Assembly (NCBI GenBank): GCA_951406725.2
Contig: OX597838.1
Location: 18,848,001 to 18,912,000, forward strand
Source: Octopus vulgaris
Lineage: Eukaryota
Length of the DNA: 64,000 nt
Direction of reading: 5' to 3'
Part shown: positions 33,323-44,910 of the stretch, one piece after another
Position numbering within the stretch: position 1 is the first letter of the stretch
How the letters are laid out: each line of letters begins with the position of its first letter
The notes under the pieces: model-generated
Seen by the model: the letters and a program-made list of their open reading frames with translations, nothing else
Database searches by the model: none
Told to the model about the DNA's origin: nothing
Translations under genes and position numbers: made by a program

Positions 33323-34110
33323 AAAATCTTTATTATGATCAAACTGATCGTTCATAGAAAAGGACATTACAAGACAAACAAATACAAAAAATGTTAAATG
33401 AGTTCGAATGTGTTAAAAGTTTACTTTAAAAATTATTTTATATAACGATTAATTTTTACCTTAAACTAGACCTTTTTTTTTAAAACGAAAACAAAGAAAG
33501 AAAACGACTAGTAGTTCAAAAGATCAAACCCGGCAGCCTATAAGGCCCAGCAACTATCTTTTCCTTTCATCAATGATTAAGCTGGGTTACTGACACCCAC
33601 CTTTCTCATCACATCCTTCCATCCTTTCTCGTATTCACTCGGTGGCAGGGTCTTCCTCTCCAACCCCATCTTGCTCTTCGGATGGTATCTGAAGTAAGAC
33701 AATAAACCGGGGCCAGAGATGAAGGACCCTGTCACAGAACCTTCCATTCTCGTCCTCCAAACACACTCTTTCAGTACTGCAACCGTACAGTAAAAACAAG
33801 CCTTACCTTCTTTTGAGAGTCCAGCTGGCGGTATCATCTTTATTATAGACCCAGCCGACAGCTGTACTCGTCCCAGATTCGACAACACGTGTTCAACGTA
33901 ACTTATCAAGCTGGATAGCCCCCGACATTGTACAAAAGTGTGCTGGACAGTTTCATTGTCCAGCCCACATCTTGGACACGTCGGTGGCACTAACATTCCG
34001 TGCCTGGATAACATATCGTGAACAGGTAAAGCGTTCCTGTAGCACTTCCAAGTCAGGGATTTTTGGAAGTTGTCCAAATACCCCGGCCTGAAAGTTTTTT
34101 TTTGGAACAA
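33323..34110 (-). mobile_element. Tx1/L1-like LINE 3' end, copy 1 (ORF2 C-terminal zinc knuckle plus 3' UTR)
   Basis: ORF 33577..34137 contains WKCYRNALP...CPRC...ETVQHTFVQC (zf-RVT). AATAAA near the 3' end. Confidence 0.85.
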
Positions 34111-34367
34111 GATGGCAAGTAGTAATACAAGTAGCATCTTTTGCTCAGCAGTAAAACGCGCCTATTTTGAAAGAGCAAAACCAGTTGCAGATTTAACAGC
34201 GAGGAAGAAACATCATTTTCTATTATGTGGCACCTGTTCTATGTTCACCTCCAACTAAACCAATTGCAGATGTAACGGCTCTAGTATTACATCAATGTTT
34301 CTGCTATGAATTGATTATATTTTTCTTTATTAGCCACACGGGGCTATAACAATGTGTAACGCTTACA

Positions 34368-34800
34368 AAAATGTAGTAATACAAGTAAAAATCTTTATTA
34401 TGATCAAACTGATCGTTCATAGAAAAGGACATTACAAGACAAGCAAATACAAAAATGTCAAATGATTTCGAATGAGTATTATGTTAAAAATTTACTTGTT
34501 AAAAATATTTTATATAACGATTGATTTTTACCTTAAACTAGACCTTTTTTTTTAACGAAAACAAAGAAAGAAAACGACTAGAAGTTCAAAAAGATCGAAC
34601 CCGGCAGCCTATAAGGCCCAGCAACTATCTTTTCCTTTCCTCAATGATTAAGCTGGGTTACTGACACCCACCTTTCTCATCACATCCTTCCATCGTTTCT
34701 CGTATTCATTCGGTTGCAGGGTCTTCCTCTCCAACCCCATCTTGCTCTTCAGATGGTATCTGAAGTAAGACAGCAAACCAGGGCCAGAGATGAATGACCC
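34368..34800 (-). mobile_element. Tx1/L1-like LINE 3' end, copy 2, inserted at the 5S rRNA 3' end
   Basis: Highly similar to 33308-33735. Flanked by TGTGTAACGCTTACA (34353-34367) and TGTGTGACACTTACA (34801-34815). Confidence 0.8.
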
Positions 34801-34808
34801 TGTGTGAC

Positions 34809-34926
34809 ACTTACAGCACCTAGGTTTCCCAAGCGGTCACCCATCTAAGTACTAAATAGGCTCGACGTTGCTTAACTTCGGTGATCGGGCGAGAACCGGT
34901 GCTTCCAACGTGATATGGCCTATAGC
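34809..34926 (-). rRNA. 5S rRNA gene or pseudogene (orphon)
   Basis: Minus strand GCTATAGGCCATATCACGTTG...CCGATCACCGAAGTTAAGCAACGTCGAGCC...TAGTACTTAGATGGGTGACCGCTTGGGAAACCTAGGTGCTGTAAG, ~118 nt, with boxes A and C. Several substitutions and no oligo-T terminator. Confidence 0.9.
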
Positions 34927-35596
34927 GTTTACAACTAACGACGTGCAGCTCATTTCGTTTTATCTGATTTCATTTCGCAGCCTATACATGCCTCGCTCCA
35001 TAGCTCTAATTCTTTGATGTTCTTGTAAATTTTACATTCACACACAATCCAAAATAAATGAAAATAATTTTATTAACAAAAACATGCCTTCTGATATTCG
35101 TTTTTACATTCACGTCATACACCAATCCACTGGTGACCTTTCTACATTATTATCTTATCGCTAAATTGGTGACCTTTTTATTTATTATCCTATTACTAAA
35201 AGTGCTTTCCACATAGAAGGATAAAACACGCAGGATGCTGAAACAGCTGGACGAGGTAATTGCATCTTCCGGGATGAGGTTCAAACCAAACCATTCCCGG
35301 AGCCCTTCTCTGCGGAAAGGGAAATTAGCGTGTTCTCAAGACTGAAAAATACACCAGTCTGGCCAACAGCCTGGGGGAAGCCAACTTCCGAGTCAAAGTT
35401 CTCGCCAAAGAGCTTGGTGCCAGAGGTTTTGTGGACAAATCTACTCACTGTCTAATGAAACAATTTTCATTCTCTGGGAAGAAGAGGACCAAAAGCTCTA
35501 AAGGCAATATCAGAAACAGCAGAGAGGTGTCCCAGCTGGATCTGATCGAGGAGGTACAAAAACGATCTCTATTCTGTTTGAAGGAGTAATTGTTAT

Positions 35597-35925
35597 GGAA
35601 GCACTCCGTGAAATTAACGTGTAAGTGGCTGAGCACTCCACAGACACGTGTACCCTTAACGTAGTTCTCAGGGATATTCAGCATGACACAGAGAGTGACA
35701 AGGCCGGCCCCTTGAAATACAGGTACAACAGAAACAGGAAGTAAGAGTGGGAGAAAGTTGTGGTGAAAGAGTACAGCAGGGATCACCACCATCCCCTGCC
35801 CGAGCCTCGTGGAGCTTTAGGTGTTTTCGCTCAATAAACACTCACAACGCACGGTCTGGGAATCAAAACCGCGATCCTACGACCGCGAGTCCGCTGCCCT
35901 AACCACTGGGCCATTGCGCCTCCAC
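35597..35925 (-). mobile_element. Family B SINE, tail type 2, 12-bp TSD
   Basis: TSD AGTAATTGTTAT at 35585-35596 and 35926-35937. Confidence 0.85.
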
Positions 35926-36574
35926 AGTAATTGTTATAGTCTAACGCTAAGTGAAGTAACTCTGAGGGAAGCATTGTGATAGCGTTGACGTTTCACCGCT
36001 ACCATGACAATCAACGTTATTTCTTCTTTAAGTAGAAGTTTGAAAGCTGTTTAAATACACAAGTCTCCGAAATCCAAGTGTCAGCAGAAGGGCACCCAGG
36101 GGTCAAGCCCTAAATGCGGCCCGGCTACTTTAGAGTGTAAGAAGCTAAGGGCCGAAACATTTACCGGGCGGGGGTTACTTTCTGAAGATCTTCCGCTTTT
36201 CAACTCTCTTGAGAGTTTCTTACCGCTAGAAAACAGTCCATTTAGAAGCAATCGAGACAGCCTCTACCTGGTCACTCAGCCCACTAAACATACCAACCAA
36301 ATGTCACTCAAATCAAATTAGATACGGTATTTCTTGATAGGGAAGGGGATCAATAATCCGGCAAGTTTGGGGCCGGAAGTGTCCTGAATTTCTGGTTTCT
36401 CCAGTTTTCTGAAGACAGCCTAAATATATTCTTTAGATGTGAAAATTGGCGCTAAATTGTATTTAACAGATTCAAATTAATACACTTCTAAAGCAGGGCC
36501 TGTTTGATGTTTATTGATACACTTATAATTCTTTAAAATATATCATAAGCGAAGAAAGGTAAAGAACCTGATTA

Positions 36575-36973
36575 TCTTTATATATAAAAGTAAGGTTGTG
36601 TGCTGTCTGTCTCCTATGATTTAGATTCCTAACTACTCCCACATTTTGCGGTGCAGTTTAACCAAAACCGGGTATCTTATAGTCGTGATTCATATCGAGC
36701 CCTTCTGGGTATTAGCGCGCGTCTACGGTGAGTCTACGATTTAAAAAAAAATTTACCATCAATTTTTCCCATTTTTAATGCATTTTTGGCATATATAAGA
36801 GAAGTAACTCTCTAAAAATTTATTATTAAATCTCAGACCGTAAAAAGCTACAGTAACACCACCACCCCTTTGTGGTTAGCCATATTGAGATGGCTATTAT
36901 ACTTTACATCTCTAAAAATGCTTATATAGTTATTTCCCTTACAAACCCGAGCAACGCCGGGCGATACTGCTAG
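36575..36973 (+). mobile_element. Non-autonomous Helitron (second copy)
   Basis: A|TC...hairpin...CTAG|T, homologous to 4758-5152. Confidence 0.9.
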
Positions 36974-37122
36974 TATTTAATAAATTAATACACTTCTAAA
37001 GCTGTTGGGTATTTATTACGTTTATGCATTTGTTTGCAAGATTCCTGAGGTGAATTGACAAAAGAAAAAAATGACCATCCTCAAATATAACAATATGTTT
37101 CATCTATACCAATCCATTAAAA

Positions 37123-37432
37123 GTGGAGACACATGGCCTAGTGGTTAGAGCAGCGGACTCGCGGTCGAGGGATTGCGGATTCGAATCTCAGACCGGGCGA
37201 TGTGTGTGTTTTATGAGCGAAAACACCTAAGCTCCACGCGGCTCCGGCAGAAGGTAATGGCGAACTTCTGCTGATTATTTCGCCACAACTTTCTCTCACT
37301 CTTTCCTCCTGCATCTTGTAGCTCACCGGCGATGGACTGGCGTCCCGTCCAGGTGGGGAACCTATACGCCAATGGAATCCGGGAAACCGGCCCTTATGAG
37401 CCAGGCGTGGTTCGAGAAGGAACAAACAACAG
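37123..37432 (+). mobile_element. Family B SINE with V-domain-like tail (type 3), 10-bp TSD
   Basis: GCGATGGACTGGCGTCCCGTCCAGG resembles the V-SINE domain. TSD TCCATTAAAA. Confidence 0.75.
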
Positions 37433-37846
37433 TCCATTAAAAAAAAGGGAGGAACAAAACTGTTTTCCACATACTGTATGTAAATTAACCAACTTCAAAA
37501 ACGGGATCTGTTTATTCAATACAGAGTATACAGTATATTGGACGCTGTTGTATTGTATCCTCAGATTTCTGGAAGCCAGATAAAACATCTGCTACTGTAC
37601 CTGAAAAAGACAGAATCACCCTGGCTCAAATGCTTTTGATCATTAATGTGAACCACCATCAGGACTGACCTGGGGCTAAATATCAGTCCACTTTCTACAT
37701 TTTTCTCTATCCCTCTTCGATTTCCTGCTTTTTTTTTTGTGCGTGACTCCATCTCATACACTCTTTCATATTTCTCACAATATGCACACAAACAGTCTCG
37801 CTTTCTCACATGCACACACAAACACACACATACACACACACACACA

Positions 37847-37888
<42 letters not shown>

Positions 37889-38083
37889 TGCACAAACACA
37901 CACACACACACGCACACTCAGATATATACAGCCTCTTTCTTCTCTCACATTTTCTCTCAAACCTTTACACAAAAACTGCACTCACGTCTTTGTTTCTTTG
38001 TCTCTCGTCCAGACACTTATACGTACATACACATACAAACACACCAAGCCGTAACATTCACATACATGCACATTCTTGCACGC

Positions 38084-38114
<31 letters not shown>

Positions 38115-39472
38115 ATTACTATCTAAGTCTATTTCAACTTTATGTTACCTTCAATCTTGCCTATCTCCTCCTTGATTTCATATCCACCATTCCAATAAAA
38201 GAGAGCTTGCAAACGAGGTCAAAGTAATTGTCATTGGCCATAGTAGTTTGGTAAAAGAGTTATGACAGTTAATGTCAGTCAAAATAGTCAGTTTATGTCA
38301 GGAAGAACAGTTAGTGTCAGTTATTTTCAGTCGCTAATGACATTGAGAATAAGTGATGTGTGTCAGTATATATGTATATACACCCACCAATTTTTTTCTC
38401 TTTTTTTTTTTGTTTTTTTTTACTTTAAGCTCCGATATATATATATTCGTAATCTGCAAAATCTAAAAGGTATTCGTGAAAAATTTCCTCTGAAATACCC
38501 ATTTTCTTAAAAGTTAGGAGGAAACAAAGTCGACTCGCGTATATTATCTGGAACTCATCTCTCTCTCTCTCGTTCACTTCGAAAAAGAAAACCTTCACAA
38601 GCAAAATCTGTAAAGTATTTGTAGAAAATTTCATTTGAAAAAATATCCAACTTTCTGGAAGATATGAGGAAACAAAGACGGCACGGGTGCTGGGGACACT
38701 TGTGTAGATTTTGCCTAAGATGGTTTGAAGAATTAGTGTCAGAAAAAATGGTAAACATTAGTGTTTGTGATAATGGTTTCAAATTTTGGCACAATCCAGC
38801 AATTTTAGGCGTGGAATAAGTCGATTACATCAACCCTAATGCTCAACTGGTACTTATTTTTATTGCCCCGCTCCCCTAAAGGTTCTGAGTTCAATCCCGG
38901 GCAAGGCATGAAGGGGGATTCACAAATTTCAACTGAAGCAAAAAACAGGGAACAGTATGAGAGCAGTGGACCCCTGAAGATCAAATAAAAGGGTAGTATT
39001 CTTTCATTTACTTTCTTTTATTCTTTTACTAGTTTCGGTCATTTGACTGCGGTCATGCTGGAGCACCGCCTTTTAGTCGAACGAATCGAGCCCAGGACTT
39101 ATTCTTTGTAAGCCTAGTACTTATTCTATCGGTCTCTTTTGCCAAACTGCTAAGTTACGGGGGCGTAAATGCACCAGCATCGGTTGTCAAGCGATGTTGT
39201 GGGGGACAAATACAGACACAGGCACACACATACATATGTTTCCGTTTACCAAATCTACTCTCAAGGCTTTGGTCGGCCCGAGGTTATAGTAGAAGACACT
39301 TGCCCAAAGTGCCACACAGTGGGACTGAACCCGGAACCATGTGGTTGGTAAGCAAGCTACTTACCACACACCCACTCCTGCGCCGATGGAAATGAAGTCA
39401 GGCTCTTTATTCGACGTGATAACCATTCCAGCAGTTCGAAGTTCTGATACACCAAGCGAATTCAACACAAGA

Positions 39473-39514
39473 CACCCGAAGAAGGCTGGAGTGTACAACT
39501 GCCGAAACGTAGTG
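39473..39514 (+). ncRNA. Type I hammerhead motif (U4C variant), related to the 56876 ribozyme
   Basis: cac-CCGAAGA-a-ggc...gcc-GAAAC-GTA-gtg. Confidence 0.55.
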
Positions 39515-39651
39515 CAAGTAACAATGAAGATGACGCACAAGTCTGACTAATATAAACAGCATTCTGTTATCGCCAGGTTTTGCATGTTTGAACCGTTAAT
39601 TCCTGCCAGAACAGTCATTTCTCTTTCCATCAGTCACTGCGGATTAGAACA

Positions 39652-40055
39652 GTGGAGGCACAATGGCCCAGTGGTTAGGGCAGCGGACTCGCGGTCGTAG
39701 GATCGCGGTTTCGATTCCCAGACCGGGCGTTGTGGGTGTTTATTGAGCGAAAACACCTAAAGCTCCACGAGGCTCCGGCAGGGGATGGTGGTGATCCCTG
39801 CTGTACTCTTTCACCACAACTTTCTCTCACTCTTACTTCCTGTTTCTGTTGTACCTGTATTTCAAAGGGCCGACCTTGTCACTCTCTGTGTCACGCTGAA
39901 TATCCCCGAGAACTACGTTAAGGGTACACGTGTCTGTGGAGTGCTCAGCCACTTACACGTTAATTTCACGAGCAGGCTGTTCCGTTGATCGGATCAACCG
40001 GAACCCTCGTCGTCGTAACCGACGGAGTGCTTCCAGAAAAGAAGAGAGAAAGAAA
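39652..40055 (+). mobile_element. Family B SINE, tail type 2, 11-bp TSD
   Basis: TSD GGATTAGAACA at 39641-39651 and 40056-40066. Confidence 0.85.
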
Positions 40056-40191
40056 GGATTAGAACAATTGGTCGGGGATGTTCACCCTTTAGCATTCAAA
40101 TTACTCAGTCGGATGTAATGCTTCTTTATTCACAAAGTTTTGAATTGATTATGCATTATCTCGTAGCTTCGAGATTTCAATGATGTGATTG

Positions 40192-40923
40192 TTGCCTCCG
40201 CCTTAGCGAAGGCGGCGGTATTGTTTTCAGTGTGGAGGCGCAATGGCCCAATGGTTAGGGCAGCGGACTCGCGGTCGGAGGACCGAGGTTTCGATTCCCA
40301 GACCGGGCATTGTGTGTGTTTATTGAGCGGAAACACCTAAAAGCTCCACGAGTCTCCGGCAGGGGGGTGGCGACCCCTGTTGTACTCTTTCGCCCCAACT
40401 TTCTTTCACTCTTTCTTCCTGTTTCTTGTCCCCGACTTCCTACGCAACCGATGAGCCTGGATGCTGCGCATTCATCCATCCGTCGATGCTCTCGGTGTCG
40501 GGGATTGACCTGCTTTCTCTTCTGCAGGTCTTATGAATAGCAAAGGACCACGGTTCGAACCGCTCGGACCGGACCGCTCAACAGCAACAGCAGCAACAGC
40601 ATTGTTTTCAGTCATGTTTGTTTGTTTGTTTGTTTGTCAGTGGACCAGATATCTCAAGAACCACAGGATGGATTCGGATGGAACTTTCAGGAATGTTTGG
40701 CCTCGTGTCTGGCATGAACTGATTAGATTTTTCGATCGATCCGCTGCCGGACAAGAATTCTGGATTATTATTCCTGCTTTTTTACTTAATTTTTGAGAGC
40801 GGTCGGATTCATTTTTATTAGTTTATTTCAGATATTCTCATTTTAAAAATCACCTCCGGCTAATCGTTGAGAGGACATTGGTGTTGCCTTGGCGAAGGTT
40901 TGCGCTCTCTGAGTGCTCTGGTT
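40192..40923 (+). mobile_element. Helentron-associated non-autonomous element (HINE/DINE-like), interrupted by a family B SINE (40232-40600, tail type 4)
   Basis: 5' subterminal GCCTCCGCC, (GTTT)n microsatellite, 3' GGCG(G)AGGT plus hairpin GCGCTCTCTGAGTGC. SINE TSD ATTGTTTTCAGT and (CAACAG)n tail. Confidence 0.65.
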
Positions 40924-42110
40924 TATTTTTTAGAATGACATTGTAAGCTAGGTGAGAGAGGCCGGGTCTTACTGATTTGAACATAAAACAGCCAAAATAT
41001 TCGGGCCTGATATGACCGGTTTAAATGCTAAAAAAAGGGGACAGTTATAACAACTACCATTTCTTAATAATCATCTAGAAAAGTTTTGTTTTCCGGTTTT
41101 TTACTTAGTTTTTGAGAGCAGTCGGGTTCATTTTTAGTATTCCCGTTTGTGAGAGCAATCAAGTTTATTTCAGATATTCTCATTTTAAAAATCACCTCCG
41201 GCTAATCGTTGAGAGGACGTTGGTGTTGCCTTGGCGGAGGTTTGCGCTCTCTGAGTGCTCTGGTTTATTTTTTAGAATGACATTGTAAGCTAGGTGAGAG
41301 AGGCCGGGTCTTACTGATTTGAACATAAAACAGCCAGAATATTCGGGCCTGATATGACCGGTTTAAATGCTAAAAAAAAAGGGGACAGTTATAGCAACTA
41401 CCATTTCTTAATAATCATTTAGAAAAGTTTTGTTTTCCGGTTTTTTACTTAGTTTTTGAGAGCAGTCGGGTTCATTTTTAGTATCCCCGTTTGTGAGAGC
41501 AATCTAGTTTATTTCAGATATTCTCATTTTAAAAATCACCTCTGGCTAATCGTTGAGAGGACATTGGTGTTGCCTTGGCGGAGGTTTGCGCTCTCTGAGT
41601 GCTCTGGTTTATTTTTTAGATTGACATTGTAAGCTAGGTGAGAGAGGCCGGGTCTTACTGATTTGAACATAAAACAGCCAGAATATTCGGGCCTGATATG
41701 GCCGGTTTAAATGCTAAAAAAAAGGGGACAGTTATAGCAACTACCATTTCTTAATAATCATCTAGAAAAGTTTTGTTTTCCGGTTTTTTACTTACTTTTT
41801 GAGAGCAGTCGGGTTCATTTTTAGTATCCCCGTTTGTGAGAGCAATCTAGTTTATTTCAGATATTCTCATTTTAAAAATCACCTCTGGCTAATCGTTGAG
41901 AGGACATTGGTGTTGCCTTGGCGGAGGTTTGCGCTCTCTGAGTGCTCTGGTTTATTTTTTATTGACATTGTAAGCTAGGTGAGAGAGGCCGGTCTGAGAG
42001 AGGCCGGGTCTTACTGATTTGAACATAAAACAGCCAGAATATTCGGGCCTGATATGACCGGTTTAAATGCTAAAAAAGGGGACAGTTATAGCAACTACCA
42101 TTTCTTAATA
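40780..42110. repeat. ~343-bp tandem repeat, about 4 copies (HINE 3' end plus flank)
   Basis: TTTATTTCAGATATTCTC recurs at ~40822, 41164, 41508 and 41850. The last unit resumes at 42512 after an insertion. Confidence 0.9.
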
Positions 42111-42513
42111 GCAATAATAAATCCTCTCTCGAAGACCTAAGTACTACATACGGACTATAGTTTCAAGGTAATTGCCTCTCGTCAACGCATGGTAAGCACC
42201 GGTCTTCGATGAAGGAGTCCCCTTGCAAATAATATTTAACGTTTTTCACAGCAACCACTGTCACTGATTTAGAAAAACTGTCTGAAAGCAATAATAAATC
42301 TCTGAACGAGATATAAACAGTAACCGCTCGACAACGTAAGGTGTACTAGCCATCTGAATGTGGCTAGCCACTGGGGGTGGGGTGTTACTGATGCTTTTAG
42401 CCCCAGGCGATCAACGTCACCAGATGGACTTTAGACACTATCTCAGTGCCCTTGTGTTATTTGCAAAGGGAGGTCATCATCCCTCGAAGACCTAAGTACT
42501 ACATACGGACTAT
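42111..42513 (-). mobile_element. Retrozyme-like insertion with hammerhead at 42147-42191 and a 31-bp terminal redundancy
   Basis: Minus strand catgcg-TTGACGA-gagg(6)cctt-GAAA-ctatag-TC-cgtatg. CTCGAAGACC...CGGACTAT is repeated at 42128-42158 and 42483-42513. Confidence 0.65.
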
Positions 42514-43029
42514 CATCTAGAAAAGTTTTGTTGGAGCTTTGTAGAAATGTTGATGCATGTTAGAACAGTCAGTTAGAGACATTTATTTAGTATCCAGGAT
42601 TTCAGACTCTATGTTACTAACATACCTAACTGTTCGTATTTTACTTAGAAAAGTTCTTCCATCTTGTCTGAAAGCTGCCAAAAACCTACAGAAACTGCAT
42701 AATATTTCCAATATCGATCGGTCGAATGATTGATTCGGAGTAAAAAGTTTCTACGCTCTTCCCGCTTCTTCTCTTTAATATTTCCGTCGAATCACATGTC
42801 GGCACACTTCCAGTTATAATGCAGTTTTACGTCGATAAATACACTGCCAGGTGGATGACGGTTAAAAGGGTTGGGTGCTCTGGATGTGCCCGGGGGGTGG
42901 GGGTGGGGGGCGAGGTGGCTGTTGTTAATGGCGCTACGGTAGGTGGGAGGGTGGGTGGGTGGGTGAGTGGGTGGGGTTAGCAGTGGTAGTGTTAGGAGTA
43001 TACTTGCGGTGGCGGAGAAGCAGAAAAAG

Positions 43030-44107
43030 AAGAAGATGAGGAGGAGGAGGAGGAGGAGGAGAAGAAGAAGAAAAAGAAGAAGAATGAGGAGGAGGAGGAG
43101 AAGAAGAAGAAGAAGAAGAAGAAGAAGAAGAAGAAGAAGGAGGAGGAGGAGAAGGAGGAGGAGAAGAAGAAGAAGAAGAAGAAGAAGAAGAAGAAGAAGG
43201 AGGAGGAGGAGGAGAAGAAGAAGAAGAAGAAGAAGAAGAAGAAGAAGAAGGAGGAGAAGGAGGAGGAGGAGAAGAAGAAGAAGAAGAAGAAGAAGAAGAA
43301 GAAGAAGAAGAAGAAGGAGGAGGAGGAGGAGGAGGAGGAGGAGAAGAAGAAGAAGAAGAAGAAGAACCATGTCTGAATTTATTGGTGTTGTTGTTGTGAT
43401 GGTTGTATTGGGTGGTGTTGTGTTGATGTTGATGTTGGTGTTAGTGGAGGCGTGGTGTGGTGTGGTGTGGTGTGGTTAATGATGTTGTTATTGTGGTAGT
43501 GGCGTCGCTAATGTGATTCTGATGGCGGTTGCGAGGAGGGGAGGGGCGTAATGATGGCTAGAGGTGGTGGCTAAGGATGGCGGAGTGAGGTTCATTGATG
43601 GTTCTTAATTGCGTCGGAGGGTGAGTGGATGGATGATGGTGGTGGTGATGGTGATGGTGATGTTGGTGGCGATGGTGGTGGCTATGTTAGTGGTGGTGGT
43701 GGTGGTGGTGGTGGTGGTGGTGGTGGTGGTGGTGGTGGTGGTGGTGGAGGTTGTTCATGTTGTTACTGGTAGTGATAGTGATGGTGATTATAATAATTAG
43801 TGTTGATGCTAGTTCTAATGACAACAACAACAACGAGGATGATGATGGTGGTGGTGGGGGTGATAATGGTGATGGTGGTGGTAGTGGTGGTGACGGTGAT
43901 GGTGGTGGTGATGATGGTGGTGGTGGTGGTGGTGATGGTGGTGGTGGTGGTGATGATGGTGGTGGTGGTGGTGGTGGTGGTGGTGGTGGTGGTGGTGGTG
44001 GTGAAGGTAGTGGTGGGGTGGAGGTTATTCATGTTGCTGGTGTTAGTGATGGTGATGGTTATTATAATAATTAAAGTGTTGGTGCTAGTTCTAATGACAA
44101 CAACGAC

Positions 44108-44141
<34 letters not shown>

Positions 44142-44290
44142 GTGGTGCTGTGGTCGCCGTCGTCGTCGACGTCGTGTTTTATCATTCTGCCACAGAGCCA
44201 GAAGAAGAAGAAGAAGAAGAAGAAGAAGAAGAAGAAGAAGAAGAAGAAGAAGAAGAAGAAGAAGAAGAAGAAGAAGAAGAAGAAGAAGAT
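43030..44290. repeat. (AGA/AGG)n, (GGT)n and (GAT)n microsatellite fields
   Basis: Direct inspection. Confidence 0.9.
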
Positions 44291-44572
44291 TATAAGATGA
44301 GATGGTCATGTATTCTTTTATCTGTTTCAATCGTTTGACTGCGGCCATGCTAGAACACTGCCTTGAAGGGTTTTTAGTCGAATGAATCGATACCCCCAGG
44401 ACTCATTCTATCTGGCGTCTTTTGCCGAACCGCTAAGTTAAGGGGACGTAAACATACCAACACCGTTTGTCAAGCGGTGACGGGGTGACATACACAGACA
44501 CAAAAGCACACATATAGATATTTACATATACATATATATGTGTGTGTGTGTGTGTGTGTATGTATGTGTGTG

Positions 44573-44615
<43 letters not shown>

Positions 44616-44651
44616 ATATGTATATACATATATATTTATACATACATATAT

Positions 44652-44710
<59 letters not shown>

Positions 44711-44859
44711 GACAGGCTTCTATCTGTTTCCGTCTACCAAATCCACTCACAAGGCTTTGGTCGGCCCAAGGCTATAGTAGAAGACACTTGCCCAACGCGC
44801 TACGCAGTGGGACTGAACCCGGAACCATGTGGTTGGTAAGCAAGCTACTTATCACACAC

Positions 44860-44910
<51 letters not shown>

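Larger units (their letters stand above)
32007..36226 (+). mobile_element. 5'-truncated, decayed HERO-clade (RLE-type) non-LTR retrotransposon with nested insertions
   Basis: Pieces in order: WSAWRNLKISDQWEKAEG/ISLLN (32010-32160); LLNAEGKIF...VQKG, WLDLSNAY, GIAMG.AISP.LFVL, FMDDTTV (32697-33236); TRRMLKQLDE...MRFKP (35224); ELGARGFV...AISETAE...WI*SRR (35410-35555). Confidence 0.75.
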
